Assembly: GCA_039589315.1 (NCBI GenBank)
Contig: JBDHHQ010000004.1
Coordinates: 32,001-96,000 of the forward strand
Direction: 5' to 3'
Origin: Gemmatimonadota bacterium
GTDB lineage: Bacteria; Gemmatimonadota; Gemmatimonadetes; Longimicrobiales; Gaopeijiaceae
DNA: 64,000 nt
The notes beneath the pieces are model-generated. The model was not told the origin of the DNA and made no database searches. It saw only the letters and a program-made list of their open reading frames with translations. A program made the translations under genes and the position numbers. Each line of letters begins with the position of its first letter. Within the stretch, counting starts at the first letter, position 1. Below, in pieces: positions 38,789-47,056 of the stretch.

Positions 38789-40159
38789 TCAGCGGCTCGC
38801 CACGGCCGAGCCGGACACGAGCTCACCGTCCTGCTTGAATACGACACCGTCCTTCATGACGAAATCTACAGACTTGAGAAGCTCGATGTCGTCGAGAGGG
38901 TCACCCGCGACGGCCACGATGTCGGCCAGCTTGCCGCTTTCGATGCTCCCCAGCTGATCCTCCTTCTCCAGCAGATGCGCCGCATTTCGTGTCGCAGCCA
39001 GGATCGCGTCCATGGGCGAGATCCCCACGCCCACCAGCAGCCTGAACTCGTCGGCATTCGTGCCGTGCGGGAAGACACCGGCGTCGGTTCCGAAGGCGAT
39101 GGCCACTCCGCCTTGCACGGCCTTCTGAATCGACTCGCGGAAGTAGGGGTATATCTCTTGCGCTTTCGCTGCCGACTCTGGCGCCAAGGTCCCGGCACGG
39201 GACGCTTCGAGCACGAACTCGAAGGCCATCATGGTGGGTACCAGGTACGTGCCGTTCTGGTTCATGAGCCGGACGGTCTCGTCGTCGATCATCGAGCCGT
39301 GCTCGATGGAGTTGACGCCCGCCCGGACCGCGTCCTTGATCCCCTCGAGGCCGTGGGCATGCGCCGCCACGGTTCGATCGGCGAGCCGTGCCGTCTCCAC
39401 GATGGCTCGCATCTCCTCGAGCGTGTACTGCTGTACGCCAACGGCATCACCCGCCGACAACACGCCGCCGGTCGCACAGAACTTGATCACGTCCGCACCG
39501 TACTTGACCAGGTAGTTGACGGCCGCGCGGACTTGGTCCGGACCCTGCGCGATCCCCTGGTCGATGCCGGGCTCCTCGAAGATGTCCGGCCGGTAGCCGT
39601 TCGTATCGCAATGTCCGCCCGTGATGCCCATCGAGCTCGCGGCCGTGAACAACCGCGGTCCGGGTACGAGGCCCGCGTTGATGGCGTTCCTGAGCGAGAC
39701 GTCGGCCCATTCGTTGGCACCTACGTTCCGTACCGTGGTGAATCCGGCGAGCAGCGTCTTCCTGGCATTCTTCACGCCCACGATGGCCGCATAGCCCGGC
39801 CACTGATGGAGCCGCCGGTCCCGGTATCCCATGCTCGGGTCCCCGGCGAGGTGCGTGTGCATGTCGATGAAGCCGGGCATCACGGTGTGATCCGAGAGAT
39901 CGATGCGGACTGCTCCCGACGGGACATCGATGTTCGATCCCACATCCTCGATTCTGTCTCCACGGACCAGGATCGTGACGTTCTCTCTGACTTCCTCGCT
40001 CGCACCGTCGATCAGCCGACCCGCCTGGATCGCGGTCACGTGCGTGTCGTCCGGAACGACGACCTCCTGGGCAGCCACCGGAGCTACGACGAAGATGGAA
40101 AGCAGGATCGCGGCCGCGCGTGCGGCGAAGTCACTCATGCTGCGGCTCGACTCTCTCAT
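38789..40159 (-). CDS. Secreted amidohydrolase, Xaa-Pro dipeptidase / carboxypeptidase-like subgroup
   Basis: Signal peptide. MPGFIDMHTH, TLLAGFTTVRNVG, ITGGHCD, DVIKFCATGGV, AAHAHG, SIEHG and FGTDAGVFPHG. Distinct from the six PMNFH paralogs. Confidence 0.88.
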   Translation of the reverse strand: MRESSRSMSDFAARAAAILLSIFVVAPVAAQEVVVPDDTHVTAIQAGRLIDGASEEVRENVTILVRGDRIEDVGSNIDVPSGAVRIDLSDHTVMPGFIDMHTHLAGDPSMGYRDRRLHQWPGYAAIVGVKNARKTLLAGFTTVRNVGANEWADVSLRNAINAGLVPGPRLFTAASSMGITGGHCDTNGYRPDIFEEPGIDQGIAQGPDQVRAAVNYLVKYGADVIKFCATGGVLSAGDAVGVQQYTLEEMRAIVETARLADRTVAAHAHGLEGIKDAVRAGVNSIEHGSMIDDETVRLMNQNGTYLVPTMMAFEFVLEASRAGTLAPESAAKAQEIYPYFRESIQKAVQGGVAIAFGTDAGVFPHGTNADEFRLLVGVGISPMDAILAATRNAAHLLEKEDQLGSIESGKLADIVAVAGDPLDDIELLKSVDFVMKDGVVFKQDGELVSGSAVASR

Positions 40160-40262
40160 CCTTTGTCGCCTTTCGCTTTCCCCCGCCTCGGCGGCGGCTC
40201 GTCGTAGAATGTGACTCGTGGGCAACGCAACAGTCGCGGTTCGACAGTCGTTGCCCCGTACG

Positions 40263-41639
40263 TCACGATGCGGTCCGCCCCTTGTACTGGACGCCGCCCT
40301 TGATTACGTAAATGACGTTGTTCTGCTGAAGCGCGCCCATGTCCCGCAGCGGGTTTCCGTTGACAACGATGATGTCAGCGAGCTTGTCCGGCTCGATCGT
40401 TCCCAAGTCGTCGTACATTCGGTAGAGGAGAGCGGGATAGCGCGTGGCCATCGAGATGACCTTCATGGGCGGGATGCCGTACCGGACCAACAGGTCCATC
40501 TCTTGCCACGTCGACTCGTAGTGGAAGTTCATGGGCGTGCCGGAGTCGGTCCCGACCACGATGCGGACGCCGTTCTCGTGGAGCTGCCGGACCTTCGCCG
40601 CGTGATGGCGATTGGACTCCTTGGCCCCCGAGAAGTAGTTGAGGCGGCTGAAGAAGTTGAGCGACTCCCGCACGTCCTCATAGATGTCGGGGGGCAGATC
40701 GGCCCGCAGCTGCTGGTTGTCGAGCCGCTCGGGCCACTCGGTCGTGATGTCGTAGACGCGGCTCACGAGCGAGGTGACGGAGGCCGCGATGCCGTTGGAC
40801 GCCATGATACTGACGCTCTCCTCCGGGTAGAGCGGGGCGCGCCCACCGCCCATGTGCTCGATCGAGTTGGCACCCATCTCGGCCGCGGCCCGTACTTCCT
40901 CGAGACTGCTGGCGTGCACGGCGATGTGCATACCCGCCCTCTGGGCCTCCTCGCCGATGGCCAGCCGCTCCTCTCGGGTCAGCTGGTTTAGCTGAATGAC
41001 CTTGATGAGATCCACCCCGGCATCGATGAGCTGCCGGGTCTTCTGCCTGGCGTCTTCTGGGCCATCGACGGGCCAGCGGAAGAAGTCCTGGACACGGGAG
41101 TCGTAGCTGGTGCCGCGACCTTCCGGCAGTGACGCCTGCAGGAACGGGCCCGCCACGACCATGCGGGGCCCTTGCAGGCGACCCGCTTCGATCTCGTCGC
41201 GGATCCACAGGATGTCGTCCAGGGGCGCCCCCAGATCCCGCGCCGTCGTGACACCCGCCCTGAGAAGCTGCTGGGCGGACACCTGCATGATCTCGCGCCA
41301 ACGGCCGGCGTACTCGGGGAAGTACTCGTCATAGATGCCGTGACCGACGATGAAGAGGTGCACGTGAGCGTCGTTCAGCCCCGGCATCACCGTCAAGCCG
41401 TTTGCGTCGATGACGCGTGCGTCCGACGGGATCTCCGTGTCGTCCACCGTTCCCACGTGGGTGATCTTGTCGCCCTCCACCAGCACGACCGAGTTCTCGA
41501 TCGGCACCCCCTCGGTTCCGTCGATTAGGTAGCCCCCGACGATCGCCATTCGGTTCTGCGCGTCGGCGGGTGCGGTGGAGAGCACGGTTGCGAGGAGTAG
41601 GGCCCAGACCGCTCTGGTGGCTCGATGGATACTCATCAC
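40263..41639 (-). CDS. Secreted metal-dependent amidohydrolase (GHG/PMNFH subfamily)
   Basis: Signal peptide. MPGLNDAHVH, IKVIQ, AVHAS, IEHMG and GTDSGTPMNFH. Confidence 0.9.
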   Translation of the reverse strand: MMSIHRATRAVWALLLATVLSTAPADAQNRMAIVGGYLIDGTEGVPIENSVVLVEGDKITHVGTVDDTEIPSDARVIDANGLTVMPGLNDAHVHLFIVGHGIYDEYFPEYAGRWREIMQVSAQQLLRAGVTTARDLGAPLDDILWIRDEIEAGRLQGPRMVVAGPFLQASLPEGRGTSYDSRVQDFFRWPVDGPEDARQKTRQLIDAGVDLIKVIQLNQLTREERLAIGEEAQRAGMHIAVHASSLEEVRAAAEMGANSIEHMGGGRAPLYPEESVSIMASNGIAASVTSLVSRVYDITTEWPERLDNQQLRADLPPDIYEDVRESLNFFSRLNYFSGAKESNRHHAAKVRQLHENGVRIVVGTDSGTPMNFHYESTWQEMDLLVRYGIPPMKVISMATRYPALLYRMYDDLGTIEPDKLADIIVVNGNPLRDMGALQQNNVIYVIKGGVQYKGRTAS

Positions 41640-41661
41640 TCTCCCTCATCGTGTTCGGGGT

Positions 41662-43086
41662 TCACCGGTCGCTGAGGTTCAGCTGTGTGTCGGGGCCCTT
41701 GTACTGGACCCCGCCTTTGATCACGTAGATCACGTTGTCTTGCTGCAGCACACTCATGCGGCGAAGCGGGTTGCCGTCGACGACGATGATGTCGGCCAGC
41801 TTCCCCGGCTCGATCGTGCCCATCTCGCCCAGCTTGCCGTACGCCAACGCGGGATACCGGGTAGCCATGCTGATCACCCTCATGGGGGGCAGCCCGTAGC
41901 GTACGAACAGATCCATCTCCTTCCAGGTCGACTCGTAGTGGAAGTTCATGGGCGTGCCAGAATCCGTCCCGACGAGGAGTCGGACCCCGGCCTTGTGCGC
42001 CTGACGGATCTTGTCGCCGTAATGGGGGCTCACTTCCCTCTTGCCGGTGAAGTAGCCGAGCCTCGACCGGAAGGTCAGGGACTCCCGCACGTCTTCGTAG
42101 ACGTCCGGGGCGAGGTCCTCCTGGAGTTGCGGCGCGTCGAGGCGCTCCGGGAAGTCGTCGGTCACGTTGTACACCCGGGACACCATGGCTGTGGGAACCC
42201 AGAAGATTCCGTTGTCGCGCATCAGCCGGATGCTCTCCTCGGGGTAGAGGGGGCTCGCCCCCGCACCGACGTGCTCGATGGTGCGAACGCCCATCTCCGC
42301 GGCGGCTCGGATCTCTTCGACCGTGTTGGCGTGGACGGCGATGTGCACGCCGGCGGCCCGCGCTACCTCGGCCATGGCCATCCGCTCTTCCCGGGACAGC
42401 GCGCCGAGCTGGATGATCTTGAGCAGGTCCACCCCGGCGTCGATCAGCTCACGAGCTTTGCGCCGAGCATCGTCGGGTCCGTCCACGAGCACGCGGAAGA
42501 ACTCCTGCGTGGGACCAGAGGTCTTTTGCAGGAACGGGCCCGACACGAAGAGCCGCGGGCCCACCATGCGTCCCTCTTCGATCTCCTCCTTGATCCAGAG
42601 CGCATCGTCCAGTTGCGCACCCACGTCTCGCGCGCTGGTCACCCCGGCCATGAGCAGCTGCCGGGCGGAGATCGTCATGAGCTCGCGCATCCGGTCCTGC
42701 TCGTAGTGGTACCGGGTGAAGTAGTCGCTGTAGATGCCGTGGCCGACGATGAACAGGTGAGCGTGGGCCTCGTGGAGCCCCGGCATCACCGTATGCCCGT
42801 CGGCGTCGATCACCCTGGCCCCGTCGGGGATCCGGGTGTCTTCGACAGTGCCCACGTGCACCACGCGATCCCCGTCGACGAGCACGACGGAGTTCTGGAT
42901 TGGCACACCCTCGGTCCCGTCGATCAGGTAGCCACCCACGATGGCCAGGGACGCGTCCCGGGCTTGCCCATGCAGCGATTCGGACCCACCGAGCGCCCAG
43001 GTCAACGCGGACGCGACTGTCAGCACGGCGAGTCCCGGGAGGCTCATGGGTGATCTCGGCTTTCTGCCGGCGGCCCGCCTTGTCAT
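41662..43086 (-). CDS. Secreted metal-dependent amidohydrolase (same subfamily)
   Basis: ATGA-coupled to the upstream gene. Signal peptide. MPGLHEAHAH, LKIIQ, AVHAN, IEHVG and GTDSGTPMNFH. Confidence 0.9.
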   Translation of the reverse strand: MTRRAAGRKPRSPMSLPGLAVLTVASALTWALGGSESLHGQARDASLAIVGGYLIDGTEGVPIQNSVVLVDGDRVVHVGTVEDTRIPDGARVIDADGHTVMPGLHEAHAHLFIVGHGIYSDYFTRYHYEQDRMRELMTISARQLLMAGVTSARDVGAQLDDALWIKEEIEEGRMVGPRLFVSGPFLQKTSGPTQEFFRVLVDGPDDARRKARELIDAGVDLLKIIQLGALSREERMAMAEVARAAGVHIAVHANTVEEIRAAAEMGVRTIEHVGAGASPLYPEESIRLMRDNGIFWVPTAMVSRVYNVTDDFPERLDAPQLQEDLAPDVYEDVRESLTFRSRLGYFTGKREVSPHYGDKIRQAHKAGVRLLVGTDSGTPMNFHYESTWKEMDLFVRYGLPPMRVISMATRYPALAYGKLGEMGTIEPGKLADIIVVDGNPLRRMSVLQQDNVIYVIKGGVQYKGPDTQLNLSDR

Positions 43087-44510
43087 TCCCTTCCCTCCAT
43101 GGCGTCTCTGGCGGCCTGTCCTCCGGTGCCGGCTCCCAGCGACGCATCGGTGGCGCTCGGGGAGGAGGGGGCGTCCCGGCTATAGATCGCGCCGTCTTTT
43201 ACGACGAACTCCACGTAGCCGAGCGTGTTGATGTCGAAGAGGGGGTTGCCGTTCACCACCAGCACGTCCGCGATCTTGCCCGGCTCGATCGTTCCGAGAT
43301 CACGGCCCATGCCCACGATCTCGGCCCCGGTCTTGGTGGATGCCGAGATAGCCTCGATGGGGCTCATGCCGCTGTCCACCAGCGCCGAGATCTCCCGCCA
43401 GGCGGCCTCCGTGTGGAAGTTCATGGGCGAGCCCGAATCGGTGCCCATCCCCATCCTGGCGTGCGCATCGATGAACTGGCGCGCGGCGATCTCGCTGTTG
43501 CGGATCTGCCGGGGCGTCGTGCGGAAGTACGAGTTCCGGTGGAAGCCCACGAAGGAGCGCTGTACCTCCTCGTAGATGTCGGGCGGGAAGTCGACCTCCA
43601 GCCGCGGATCCTGCAGCCGCTCGGGGAACTCCACCGTGGCTGGATAGACCCAGATGCGGTGGGCGATGGTCTGCACCACCGGAATGCCCCGGTGGGAGAT
43701 CTCGCTGATGAGCTCGTCGCTGTACGGCGGGTTCCCTCCGGAGCCGGCGTGCTGGATCACGTCCGTGCCGGCGCGGATGGCCGCCCACATGTCGTCGGGT
43801 GCGTAGAGGTGGCTGTGGACTGGGACGCCGTCCTTGTGCGCTTCTTCAACGACCGCCCGGATGTCGTCCTCGGTCATGCCGGCCCAGGTCTTGATCAGGT
43901 CGACACCGGAGTCGATGAGGTCGCGGGTCTGCTCGGCGGCCTCCTGGGGCGAGGAGATGCGCCGCTGGAAGTGGTCTGGGAATCCGCGACCCGCCCGGGT
44001 GACCCAGGGTCCGCTCACCAGCATGCGAGCGCCCGGGATCTCCCCGGCGTTGATCCGGTCCCGGACCCTCACGATCTCTATGGGCGCACCGAGGTCAACG
44101 GCCGTGGTGACCCCGGCCAGGAGCAGCTGCCGGGCGGAGATCTCCATGACCTCCTCTTTGCGATTCTCCAGGATGGGCCACCAATCCGCGTACTCGCCGT
44201 GGCCGAGGATCATCAGATGGACGTGGAGGTCTATCAGGCCGGGCATCATGGTCTTGCCGCTGGTGTCCACCACCCGAGTGTTTTCCGGGATCTCGACCTC
44301 GTCCGCAGGTCCCGCAGCCACGATGCGGCCATTCTCGATCAGGATCGCCGCGTGGTGGATGGCCGGTGCCTCGTACCCATCGAGCAGCATGCCGCCCACC
44401 AGGGCGAGGCGGTCGGCTGATTGCCCGCCCTGAGCCAGGGCCGACGGTGCATTCATCGCGAACAGGCCGAAGAAGAGGCCCAGCACGCCGGCACCCAGCC
44501 CCCGGCGCAT
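43083..44510 (-). CDS. Secreted metal-dependent amidohydrolase (divergent member of the same subfamily)
   Basis: AAGGAG RBS and signal peptide. MPGLIDLHVH, IKTWA, HSHLY, IQHAG and GTDSGSPMNFH. Confidence 0.9.
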   Translation of the reverse strand: MRRGLGAGVLGLFFGLFAMNAPSALAQGGQSADRLALVGGMLLDGYEAPAIHHAAILIENGRIVAAGPADEVEIPENTRVVDTSGKTMMPGLIDLHVHLMILGHGEYADWWPILENRKEEVMEISARQLLLAGVTTAVDLGAPIEIVRVRDRINAGEIPGARMLVSGPWVTRAGRGFPDHFQRRISSPQEAAEQTRDLIDSGVDLIKTWAGMTEDDIRAVVEEAHKDGVPVHSHLYAPDDMWAAIRAGTDVIQHAGSGGNPPYSDELISEISHRGIPVVQTIAHRIWVYPATVEFPERLQDPRLEVDFPPDIYEEVQRSFVGFHRNSYFRTTPRQIRNSEIAARQFIDAHARMGMGTDSGSPMNFHTEAAWREISALVDSGMSPIEAISASTKTGAEIVGMGRDLGTIEPGKIADVLVVNGNPLFDINTLGYVEFVVKDGAIYSRDAPSSPSATDASLGAGTGGQAARDAMEGRE

Positions 44511-44717
44511 GGACGGCTCCTTCAGGCTTACGACCGAGCCCAGCGGCAGCGAGGAGCTCTTCGTACCCACGGCCCCGCGTCCGATCGGCGTCAGCCCCGT
44601 CCACCCAACGACGGAGCGCAGCCGCGGCGGAATCCTCATCAAGACGTCCCCTTTCAGAACCGGCGGTTGACCAGCCGGCCACCGTGCGTTGAGTTCTTCA
44701 GGCGCCCTGCGAGAAGA

Positions 44718-44743
44718 GCCGGTGAGCCCTCGGGCCCACCGGC
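44718..44743 (-). terminator. Intergenic GC-rich hairpin (terminator, attenuator or stabiliser)
   Basis: Minus strand GCCGGTGGGCC-CGAG-GGCTCACCGGC forms an 11-bp stem with one G-U pair, followed by TCTTCT. It lies ~45 nt after the stop of 44788-46038. Confidence 0.5.
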
Positions 44744-44787
44744 ATCCCTCGGAGACGACATGTCCTTCTGCGAGCCTGAATCGGGCC

Positions 44788-46038
44788 TCAGGCGATGCCA
44801 CCGGCCTCGGGAGAGCAGCGGCCTTGCTCGATCACCTTGTTCCCGTCGACGTAGACGTCGCAGTCGAACATGGCGTAGTGGCTGTGATTCGGGGCGATGC
44901 GGGCTGTCGCGCCCAGACCCGAGTACCCGGCGTCAGGCCCACCCATGCCGTGGGCGAAGTTCATGCCCAACGAGTAGAGCAGGCTTCCCATCAGGTTGTG
45001 ATGGTAGTGGCCGATGTCGTCGACGCTGCTGAGCTGGGTCTTCTCGTGGGTGCCCCAGCCGAAGTGCGCAAGGCCCCACGCTTCCCGGTGATCGAAGGAG
45101 GACAGGTGCTCCTGCCACTGCCGAGCCTGGCTCCCCCCTTCGACGCCCGTCACGTACCCGTTTTGGAAGGTGACCCTGACTTCCTCCCTCAGGACATTGG
45201 GGTAGATATCCCGGATGATGTCGCCCGGCTTGAACACCAGCACGCCGTCGGCGCTGTCCTCCACCGGACCGTAGGCCACGCAGCCGTAGCCGAAGTTGTC
45301 CCAGCGCCCGGGGAAGTCCGCGATGCCGTACTGCGCGTGGCCGGGCCTCCCGGCACCGGAGCAGGTCCAATCCGAGCCGGCCTCGTTGGTGACGCGTATC
45401 TCGCCGCGGGCCTCGTCCAGGAGGCGTGCACCCCTGAGCGTGCGTTCCCGCCGTTCCGCAGTGGGGAAGTACCGCTGCTGCCGACCCAGGTCGTATCCGA
45501 CGTTCAACCACCGGGTCTTCGATCCCGGCCGGTTGATGTACTCGCTGTCGCTGCGATAGGGGTGATCTCCGACCTTGACGTTGTAGGCCGTCGTTGGGCT
45601 CGGCAGGCCAGGTGCGGAACCCAGACTGCTGTTGATCAGGAGATCGGCCTCGGCATACAGATTCCAGTGGACCGGCGTGAGCGCGGCCCCGGGCGACGGG
45701 CCCAGTCGCCCCTGGTCGCGACCCTGCGTCGGATCGTGGGAGATCACGGCGACGTGCATGCCCGTAGCCCCGATCTCCCCGGCAGCCACCAGCATTGCCT
45801 GCATGTAGTCTACATCGTAGACCATCGGCGTGGTGAGGATGAACGTCTCACCGGCTTTGAGCAGGTTCTGATCGAGGATCCTCCGGCAGTGCGACACCAG
45901 GAAGGCAGACGGCTCGGGACCTCGGTACGCCGTCTCCGTTGTCGACATCAGCCATTCCTTGCGCACCGGAGCTGCGCCGAGTGCCGCCGACCCGACCCCG
46001 GCCGCCCCTGCGGTCTTGAAGAACTCTCTGCGTTTCAC
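44788..46038 (-). CDS. Tat-signal NicX-like metalloprotein, His-x-His variant (close paralog of 32584-33834)
   Basis: KRREFFK twin-arginine motif. GHAQYGIADFPGRWDNFGYGCVA, LAHFGWG, YSLGMN and NHSH. Confidence 0.75.
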   Translation of the reverse strand: MKRREFFKTAGAAGVGSAALGAAPVRKEWLMSTTETAYRGPEPSAFLVSHCRRILDQNLLKAGETFILTTPMVYDVDYMQAMLVAAGEIGATGMHVAVISHDPTQGRDQGRLGPSPGAALTPVHWNLYAEADLLINSSLGSAPGLPSPTTAYNVKVGDHPYRSDSEYINRPGSKTRWLNVGYDLGRQQRYFPTAERRERTLRGARLLDEARGEIRVTNEAGSDWTCSGAGRPGHAQYGIADFPGRWDNFGYGCVAYGPVEDSADGVLVFKPGDIIRDIYPNVLREEVRVTFQNGYVTGVEGGSQARQWQEHLSSFDHREAWGLAHFGWGTHEKTQLSSVDDIGHYHHNLMGSLLYSLGMNFAHGMGGPDAGYSGLGATARIAPNHSHYAMFDCDVYVDGNKVIEQGRCSPEAGGIA

Positions 46039-46090
46039 GATGCCTCCTTGGTGAACCCGTTACGGGATTCGAGTGGACCAGCGTGTCCTT

Positions 46091-47056
46091 CTATCCGCCT
46101 CCGGGCTTCCGCCCGGCGACGACGATCAGAGGAGCCGTCATCCGCAGATACCCGCTCCGCGGTACGCCCCCAGGATCAGTGTAGAAATCCTCGAGCCTCT
46201 TCTCCGCCCTCCGGTGGTGCTCTTTGAGCTCGGCTTTCGACATTCCTCCCTTCACCACCATGGCCGCGGTGGCCTCGGGGAGCGGCGCCGCCTCCGTCGT
46301 GAGCTGATCGACGATCTCACGGAATCCCCGCCGAGGATCGCAGAGCAGGTGGACCTGACAGATGGCGTCTGCCGCCACGTCTTCCAGACCGGCCCCGAGG
46401 AACATGCCGGGCAGCTCCAGGCCGATGCGCGGGTTCTTGCCCCTGGCCTGCCAACCTCGATGGAAGGCCCCGTTCAGCCTCTCCGACAGTCGAGTGAAGC
46501 GCGCGTCGTCCGGGTCGTGGGCCAATTGCGTGGCCACTGGCTCCGCGGCGGCCTGGAAGCCACCCTCGCGCACGACCCTTTGCATCTCCACTACCGCGTC
46601 GCGGGCCCGGTCGAGCGTGCACAGCAGGCTGCTGCACAAGACCACGTCGGCAGAGTCGCCATCGAGAGGGAGAGCGTACGCGTCCCCCTCCCGGAACTCG
46701 ACGTTCGTGAGTCCGGCGGCAGCCGCTTGCTTGCTGGCCAACCGGACCGCCTGCCTATCGACGTCGAAGGCAAGCACCTCGCCCGACCCCTGCAGGCGGT
46801 CGGCGAGCCGGAGCGCCAACGCGCCGCGGCCACATCCTACCTCGACAACGGTCTTGACTTCCTCTAGCGGCAGAAGCCGCTCCAGCGCCCACAACAGGTC
46901 CCTGCTCTTCTCAAACAGCGCTCCCCGCGCGACCCGCGCGGGCGGAGACGACTCGGCCGCTTCCTGCTGTGGGCTCTCAACCTCATTCAGGAGCGATCCA
47001 TCGGCGCGCGAGGCCCCCGAGTCGTGGGGTCCCCTGCGCGCCGACGTTCGGCTCAT
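46091..47056 (-). CDS. Class I SAM-dependent methyltransferase
   Basis: Motif I VVEVGCGRG, then VLAFD, FREGDAYALPL, ADVV and EMQRVVREGG. ATGA-coupled to the upstream gene. No signal peptide. Confidence 0.88.
   Translation of the reverse strand: MSRTSARRGPHDSGASRADGSLLNEVESPQQEAAESSPPARVARGALFEKSRDLLWALERLLPLEEVKTVVEVGCGRGALALRLADRLQGSGEVLAFDVDRQAVRLASKQAAAAGLTNVEFREGDAYALPLDGDSADVVLCSSLLCTLDRARDAVVEMQRVVREGGFQAAAEPVATQLAHDPDDARFTRLSERLNGAFHRGWQARGKNPRIGLELPGMFLGAGLEDVAADAICQVHLLCDPRRGFREIVDQLTTEAAPLPEATAAMVVKGGMSKAELKEHHRRAEKRLEDFYTDPGGVPRSGYLRMTAPLIVVAGRKPGGG

Noticed and set aside
28490..43450. Recurrent DNA words such as GTGGAAGTTCATGGGCGTGCC, suggestive of a dispersed repeat or CRISPR
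   Set aside because: They encode the conserved GTPMNFH motif of the paralogous amidohydrolases. There is no repeat-spacer periodicity and no cas gene.
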